Assembly (NCBI RefSeq): GCF_000014265.1
Contig: NC_008312.1
Span: forward strand, 4,050,001 to 4,082,000
DNA: 32,000 nt
Direction: 5' to 3'
DNA from: Trichodesmium erythraeum IMS101
GTDB lineage: Bacteria; Cyanobacteriota; Cyanobacteriia; Cyanobacteriales; Microcoleaceae
In this document: one piece after another, positions 27,301 through 32,000 of the stretch
Layout: the number at the start of each line of letters is the position of its first letter
Position numbering within the stretch: position 1 is the stretch's first letter
The notes under the pieces: generated by a model
Database searches by the model: none
Told to the model about the DNA's origin: nothing
What the model saw: the letters and a program-made list of their open reading frames with translations, nothing else
Made by a program: the position numbers and the translations under genes

Positions 27301-29536
27301 TAGCCACTATTTCCACAGCTTGAGTACGAATTTCACGAACTAACTCTGCATCTTCATCATAAGATTCATAAAAATAACCAAGGTCATGCCCAGTCAAACC
27401 TTTTAACCTATTTAATAACCGAGAACTCACATCACCAATACCCTGAAGACTCCTAACTTCAAACAAACACTTGCCCGCCAAAAATAAATTCTGAAACTTT
27501 TCCTCTTCCCCATCTTTTTCCATCAAATAACTAATAATATCTCCCACAAACTTAGCATCTATCATCCCAGCAATTAACCGCAATACTTCATGCCATTTTT
27601 CATCCCGCCAATGGTTACCGAAAACATCATTTATTAACCCATCTTTTCCCAAAGTTTGTGTTTCTTTAAACTGCCAAACAAAACTCCAAGCACAGAAATA
27701 TTCCAAAAAGGTTCGATGCACAAAAGCATAATATCCACCCCCAACAAAACACAAAATAAAATTACGAACCCGCAACTGTTCTATCAACGCCCTAGCCACA
27801 GTTGTCACATCATTAATATCTACACTTTCTAGATAATCTTTAATGATCTTTTTTAAACTATTTTCATCAATCAAATTACCAGCCAAACCTTCTTTATTCT
27901 GTTGCATAAAATCAGCTACTCGGCGCAAAATTTCTTGCTTATCTTTATAGTCAATAGTTATCGGGTCAATCTTAGCATCAACTAATGTTCTTTCCATATC
28001 CCATTGCTGTAATAAAATCAGAGAAGCTTGATTATAAAGTTCCGCCCTATCTCTGGGCAATTCTTGATGACGATTTAAAATAGCCATCATAGTTAATAAA
28101 AAAGGATTTTCCGACAATTGCTTAATAGCTGAATAATCATTAATTGCTCGTTTCAATTTTTCTCTTTTCCGCTCTTTTTCTCGCTCATCTTGATAAGTTA
28201 AATCATGCCAAGTTTGAATAAAATTATCAATTTGTTCTGACTCTAAATTTTGCAACATAAAATGATAAAATTCAGCATCCCGGAGTTGTTGTGGCTGATA
28301 ACCAATTACTCTAGAAGTAACAATAACTCGGACATTTTTATAGTCATTTGTAAATCGATGAATATCAGTAATTATTTCCTTTCTTTTAGCAGGTTCAAAA
28401 ACTTCATCCAACCCATCAAACATCACAATAGCATCACCATTTTGTAGTTTTGCATAAAGTTCTTGTTGAGGTAAATGGCAAGTTACACCGCTACCTTTTT
28501 CCAGAAAATCTAGAAAATTTTGGCATTTATTAGTCTCATAATTTCTCACATAAGTCTGTAGTTCAATTAATAGAGGAATTGGTTTTGAAGGCAAATCTAT
28601 TAGAGGTAATTCTGCCCATTCTAAAGCGATATATTGTAATAAAGTAGATTTGCCAGAACCAGGGTCTCCCAGAATAACTAAATATTTATATTCGGTATTT
28701 TCTATTAGTTCTAAAACCGAGCGAACTGGCTGTTCTAAATATCTGCGTCGGTCAGCTTCCAATTGTTCTGGAGAAAATTCTATTTCTAACTGCCCAGTCT
28801 CTTTTAATTGTTGGAGATATTCTTTAGGAACTTCATACAATTGAGGCATAAATTCTTGAGATTCCCGAACATTTTGAGGAATAAACATCTGCCAGAGTTT
28901 CAGTTCATTATAGGTATAACCACTAGTATCTAAACTTTCTAATTTGAGATTTCCATATCGTTCTTGGATTCCTTCTTGGTATTTTTCGAGGTCAAATTCT
29001 GGTGTAATTTTATAATTTTGATTTGCTATTTTATCGAGGTTTTGTGAATCTAATATTTTCCGTAATTCATCAGAATTTATCCGAATTGCTTGAACTTTTT
29101 TCCCATATCTTTTTGCCACTCTTAACCAGTCAAAATCAGGTGGCAAAGTTGGAATAATTTCCTTGGCAACATCAGCTAATATCTTAATATCTACAATTTT
29201 TATATTATTATCAAAAGCACTACCCAAAGTTTCTCGAACTGACTTCTTTTTGAGAAATTGTTTGAAAGGTGGAATATATTTCTTTAGCTGGTTTTCCTCT
29301 AAATCTGCATCTTCCAATTCTTGCTGTGCTAATTCTAAAAATTCTTTAGTTGCTTTTCCTATAGCTTCTTGCAAAGGTTTTTTATTTGTTAAATCTTTAA
29401 TAACATTACCTAAGCTAGTTTTAAAGAAGTCTTTAATACAATCTTTAGCAGCATCTTTAGCTAAATCTTCCAGAATAGGTTTAAATACAAACCCAACCCC
29501 TTGAGTCACTCCCCAAACAATTAACCAGTCAATCAT
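24308..29536 (-). CDS. NLR-like STAND NTPase: unknown N-terminal domain + NACHT + 27 HEAT-type repeats
   Basis: 1742-aa ORF with RBS AAAGGATGAAATAATTATG. Walker A is LGDPGSGKST (aa 289-298, Lys codon 28649-28651). Walker B is IVMFDGLDEV (aa 370-379). The repeats carry the SD-x3-VR-xEA-xxQIA signature typical of PBS-lyase/HEAT-like repeats. Confidence 0.95.
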   Translation of the reverse strand: MIDWLIVWGVTQGVGFVFKPILEDLAKDAAKDCIKDFFKTSLGNVIKDLTNKKPLQEAIGKATKEFLELAQQELEDADLEENQLKKYIPPFKQFLKKKSVRETLGSAFDNNIKIVDIKILADVAKEIIPTLPPDFDWLRVAKRYGKKVQAIRINSDELRKILDSQNLDKIANQNYKITPEFDLEKYQEGIQERYGNLKLESLDTSGYTYNELKLWQMFIPQNVRESQEFMPQLYEVPKEYLQQLKETGQLEIEFSPEQLEADRRRYLEQPVRSVLELIENTEYKYLVILGDPGSGKSTLLQYIALEWAELPLIDLPSKPIPLLIELQTYVRNYETNKCQNFLDFLEKGSGVTCHLPQQELYAKLQNGDAIVMFDGLDEVFEPAKRKEIITDIHRFTNDYKNVRVIVTSRVIGYQPQQLRDAEFYHFMLQNLESEQIDNFIQTWHDLTYQDEREKERKREKLKRAINDYSAIKQLSENPFLLTMMAILNRHQELPRDRAELYNQASLILLQQWDMERTLVDAKIDPITIDYKDKQEILRRVADFMQQNKEGLAGNLIDENSLKKIIKDYLESVDINDVTTVARALIEQLRVRNFILCFVGGGYYAFVHRTFLEYFCAWSFVWQFKETQTLGKDGLINDVFGNHWRDEKWHEVLRLIAGMIDAKFVGDIISYLMEKDGEEEKFQNLFLAGKCLFEVRSLQGIGDVSSRLLNRLKGLTGHDLGYFYESYDEDAELVREIRTQAVEIVATSWRDDSSTYAWLKERVVSDESWFVRTEAVRQIATGWKHEPGILELLKQWVVSDDSESVRTEAVRQIATGWKHEPGILELLKQWVVSDENLDVRTEALRQIATGWKHEPGILELLKQWVVSNESWHVRTEALRQIATGWKHEPGILELLKQWAVSDDSESVRREAVEQIATVWKHEPGILELLKQWVVSDDSESVRTEAVRQIATGWKHEPGILELLKQWVVSDDSESVRTEAVRQIATGWKHEPGILELLKQRVVSDDSWQVRTEAVRQIATGWKHEPGILELLKQWVVSDDSWQVRTEALRQIATGWKHEPGILELLKQWVVSDDSESVRREALEQIATGWKHEPGILELLKQRVVSDDSWQVRTEALRQIATGWKHEPGILELLKQRAVSDDDSDVRTEAVRQIATGWKHEPGILELLKQWVVSDESWFVRTEAVGQIATGWKHEPGILELLKQWVVSDESWFVRTEAVGQIATGWKHEPGILELLKERVVSDDDLNVRGVALRQIATAWKHEPGILELLKERVVSDESEYVRREALEQIATGWKHEPGILELLKQWVVSNENSDVRTEAVRQIATGWKHEPGILELLKQWVVSDENLDVRREALEQIATGWKHEPRILELLKQWVVSNENSDVRREVLEQIATSWKHEPGILELLKQWVVSDENLDVRTEALRQIATSWKHEPGILELLKQWVVSDDSESVRTEALRQIATAWKHEPGILELLKQRVVSDESWWVRTEAVRQIATGWKHEPGILELLKQWVVSDENSDVRREALRQIATAWKHEPGILELLKERVVSDESWWVRTEALRQIATGWKHEPGILELLKQRVVSDESWQVRTEALRQIVTGWKHEPGILELLKPRVVSDESEFVRTEAVEQIATVWKHEPGILELLKQRVLSDESWRVRTEAVGQIATGWKHEPGTFEIFYDNALNDPFERIHEIQDNPRQTALEAIVKQYPDHPQTIPLLQDRAENDSDEQLQIWAKKILQQYAT
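24524..27262 (-). repeat. 27 tandem 102-bp (34-aa) intragenic repeats
   Basis: The unit is WKHEPGILELLKQWVVSDxxxxVRTEAxRQIATG. WKHEP occurs 27 times, and I counted the 102-bp period directly (CCGGGCTCGTG at 24627, 24729, ...). Most of each unit is nucleotide-identical between copies. Confidence 0.95.
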
Positions 29537-30154
29537 AATTATTTCATCCTTTATATGTTAGTTATTTGTTATTATATATGAATATTTTATTTGGTCAATA
29601 TCTGGAATTATATCCATGTTTGTTAAGTACTAATTTTATCTTCTTACCTCCTGCTGAGAGTCAGCTATTTTTCTCGTGGCGATCGCGTCAACAATAAACC
29701 ATAAAAAAAATCAAAAAATTAACTGAGATAACCTGATATTTTAGTGTGTTATATTAGGATATTTTAATTAACTTTAAAATACATTTATAGCGTTGAGTAA
29801 ATTACCTATTAAAGAAAGAGCCAGCGCAAAAAAATAATTGCACTAGCTCCTAGGGTTCAGCTAATTATGATAAACCCCAAGGGATAGGAAATGGAGAAAA
29901 AGCAGAAAATCTGTTTCTCAATTTAAAGCTTCCAACAAATCCACATTAACCCAAGGGTTGGAGGTTTTTATGTGTTTCTAAATTATATAATAACATATTT
30001 TTTGAATTTTTTAACCAATCCATATTAACTTCAGGGATGGGGAGACATTCTTAGAGACAGCCACCTAAAATCTATCTCCCATAAATCCGATTTCTAACAG
30101 CTTTGAAGCAATGAAAAAATTATTAACAAGTGAGTATTTAAAATATCAAGTATT

Positions 30155-30253
30155 TTAGTTATAAAACATGGTTTAAAATGCAGTTATAAATGTAGTTTAA
30201 AATGCAGTTATAAATCTAGTTATAAATCTAGTTATAAAACATAGTTTAAAATA
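30155..30253. repeat. Tandem 11-13-nt repeats (TAGTTATAAA / TAGTTTAAAATGC types), 8 units
   Basis: TAGTTATAAAACA TGGTTTAAAATGC AGTTATAAATG TAGTTTAAAATGC AGTTATAAATC TAGTTATAAATC TAGTTATAAAACA TAGTTTAAAATAT. The repeats lie in the intergenic region upstream of the NLR-like gene. Confidence 0.9.
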
Positions 30254-30431
30254 TTAACTTGCAGGGTAAAAAGAAGATACTTAATAATATTATGTTATGC
30301 CCGCTGAATTCTGTGAAAAAAATGTTTCATCTTGAGCAACGAGCAAACTTTCTAAATTCTCTTTCCTCCTAATTTATAACCCCTAATTAACTATCTAATT
30401 ATACGAATGCTAACGGGTGCATCAGAAAACC

Positions 30432-31985
30432 CTAAATTCCAAGAGCACAACCATCTTTCCTGGGATCTGAAGCCCCTATTAAGACTCCCGATGGGTCACA
30501 AATGACCAACTGAGCCCCTCCTATTGGTGCGATGGGTCTTACTATCTTGTGACCTATGCTTGTCAAAGCTTCCGCTACGTTTTCGTCATAGCCCTCTTCT
30601 AGTTTTAAAACCCCGTTAAAGAAAAAACTTCTGGGAAAATTTATTGCTGACTGCGGGTCCATACTGTAGTCAAAAAGATTACTAAGAATGCGAGCATGAC
30701 CATAAGGTTGGTAGTCTCCACCCATAACCCCAAAAGCCATGATCATGTCATTTTTACCTTTAAAAATAGCAGGTATGATAGTATGCAAGGGTCTTTTATT
30801 TCCTTCAAGTTCATTAGGATGGTTTTTCTCAAGAACAAAACTAGCTCCGCGGTTATGAAAAATGAGACCGTATTTTTCAGAGCATTTTCCAGTACCAAAC
30901 GAATCAAAATTTGAAAAAATTAAAGAGATAGCGTTTCCGTCTTTATCTGCAGCAGATATTAAAACGGTATCTTTTGGTTTTTCATCAAAATATTGGATGC
31001 CGCTTCCATCTATTAGTTTGTTGAGAGATATTTGTTGAGCAATTTTTTCCAGAAAAGCTGAGTCTAAAAAGAAGTGTTCTTTAATTTGGGAAAACTTAGG
31101 ATCTCCAATAAAAGCATTTCTGGCAGTATATGCAAGCTTTGCGATCTCTGCCTCTAAGTGTACCCTGTTAGCAGAATATGGAGAATGTTCTTGAATGTTG
31201 CAAATTTCCATGAGTTTCCGGATCATGATAGCAGTTATACCTTGCCCATTAGGAGGCAGCTCAAATAATTTACTTCCATCTTGAAAATTGGAGAAAATTG
31301 GCTCTACATATTCAAATGTCACGTTAGCAAAATCATCTAAAGTGTGAACTCCCCCCAAGTTTTGTAAAGACTTAACAAGATCTTCTGTAACCTCAGACTG
31401 ATAAAACCCTTTTGAGCCATTTTTTTGGATTTTTCTCAAAACTTCCGCTTGCTTTGGAGCTCTAAAAATTGACCCAGTTTCAGGCACTTTACCATCAACC
31501 AAGTAGAATTTTTTGGTGGTTTGAGAAAATTTCAAATTATTTAAGCGCCAGTCAAAAGCCACTCTAGGACTGACTACTACTCCTTCTTCGGCGTATTTAA
31601 TAGATGCTTTACATAATTCTGCTAACCCTAAATTACTGAATTTAAGAGCTAATTCCTCAAATAAGGCTACAGCTCCTGGAAGTGTAATTGAATGCACGCT
31701 GTTAATGGGAATTTTATTCAAGCCTTTTTGGAGGAGCAGATCACTAGATATTGCCTTGGGGGAGTTCCCGGAGCCGTTTATTCCAATGAGTTTATCACTT
31801 TTTTGGGATTTTAAAATGACAAAGGCATCGCCGTAGAGCCCGGTACTTTGTGGTTCACATAAGGTGAGCATCAAAGCGGCGCTGATGGCAGCATCTATGG
31901 CGTTCCCTCCATGGGACATGGTATCAAGACCAATTTTGGCAGCTAGAGGATGAGAAGTTGCTATCATTCCATTCTGTGAAAACAC
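30432..31985 (-). CDS. ggt: Gamma-glutamyltransferase family protein
   Basis: 517-aa ORF with family-typical blocks: GGNAIDAA near the N-terminus, DT...DKDGNAISL around the autoprocessing/nucleophile region, and GVMGGDYQP. The frame stays open to the window edge, so the true start may lie beyond 32000. Confidence 0.85.
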   Translation of the reverse strand: MFSQNGMIATSHPLAAKIGLDTMSHGGNAIDAAISAALMLTLCEPQSTGLYGDAFVILKSQKSDKLIGINGSGNSPKAISSDLLLQKGLNKIPINSVHSITLPGAVALFEELALKFSNLGLAELCKASIKYAEEGVVVSPRVAFDWRLNNLKFSQTTKKFYLVDGKVPETGSIFRAPKQAEVLRKIQKNGSKGFYQSEVTEDLVKSLQNLGGVHTLDDFANVTFEYVEPIFSNFQDGSKLFELPPNGQGITAIMIRKLMEICNIQEHSPYSANRVHLEAEIAKLAYTARNAFIGDPKFSQIKEHFFLDSAFLEKIAQQISLNKLIDGSGIQYFDEKPKDTVLISAADKDGNAISLIFSNFDSFGTGKCSEKYGLIFHNRGASFVLEKNHPNELEGNKRPLHTIIPAIFKGKNDMIMAFGVMGGDYQPYGHARILSNLFDYSMDPQSAINFPRSFFFNGVLKLEEGYDENVAEALTSIGHKIVRPIAPIGGAQLVICDPSGVLIGASDPRKDGCALGI

Positions 31986-32000
31986 TTCTGATCTTTCGGG

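Noticed and set aside
9509-29536. The orthocaspase-like gene and the NLR-like gene as one caspase-plus-NLR cell-death operon.
   Set aside because: They are about 12 kb apart, separated by sat, nagB-like, SDR and other unrelated genes and by long spacers. The caspase homologue lacks the catalytic dyad and appears to be exported. A functional link cannot be argued from this window.

Overview
AT-rich cyanobacterial chromosomal window. The HIP1 octamer GCGATCGC is scattered through genes and intergenic repeats. The repeat-rich, gene-poor style resembles a filamentous marine cyanobacterium such as Trichodesmium, but that attribution is inference only. About 53% of the window lies in 12 credible CDS, and 10 of them are on the minus strand. 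Housekeeping genes: ahcY, sat, a nagB-like deaminase, an SDR oxidoreductase, gamma-glutamyltransferase, an ExoD-family membrane protein and a COP23-like protein. Accessory or unusual content: (1) a 1742-aa NLR-like STAND ATPase (24308-29536, minus) with an unassigned N-terminal domain, a NACHT P-loop and 27 near-identical 34-aa HEAT-type repeats whose differences sit in a few codons. It is followed, co-oriented, by a 573-aa polytopic membrane protein. This is the best candidate for an uncharacterised sensing or defence system. (2) A satellite-like, hierarchically nested tandem array of at least 3.3 kb (1-3341) that runs off the window edge. (3) Two near-perfect CIRCE (HrcA operator) inverted repeats in tandem upstream of an orphan 113-aa ORF instead of a chaperone gene. 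(4) A Tat-signal orthocaspase homologue whose catalytic His/Cys are replaced by Tyr/Ser. (5) A decayed TnpB (IS200/IS605-type) gene with an internal 162-bp tandem triplication and a pentanucleotide microsatellite. (6) Several families of short tandem and dispersed repeats in long non-coding stretches. No rRNA, tRNA or CRISPR array was recognised. All calls come from reading the sequence and the ORF track by eye. No database search was run.
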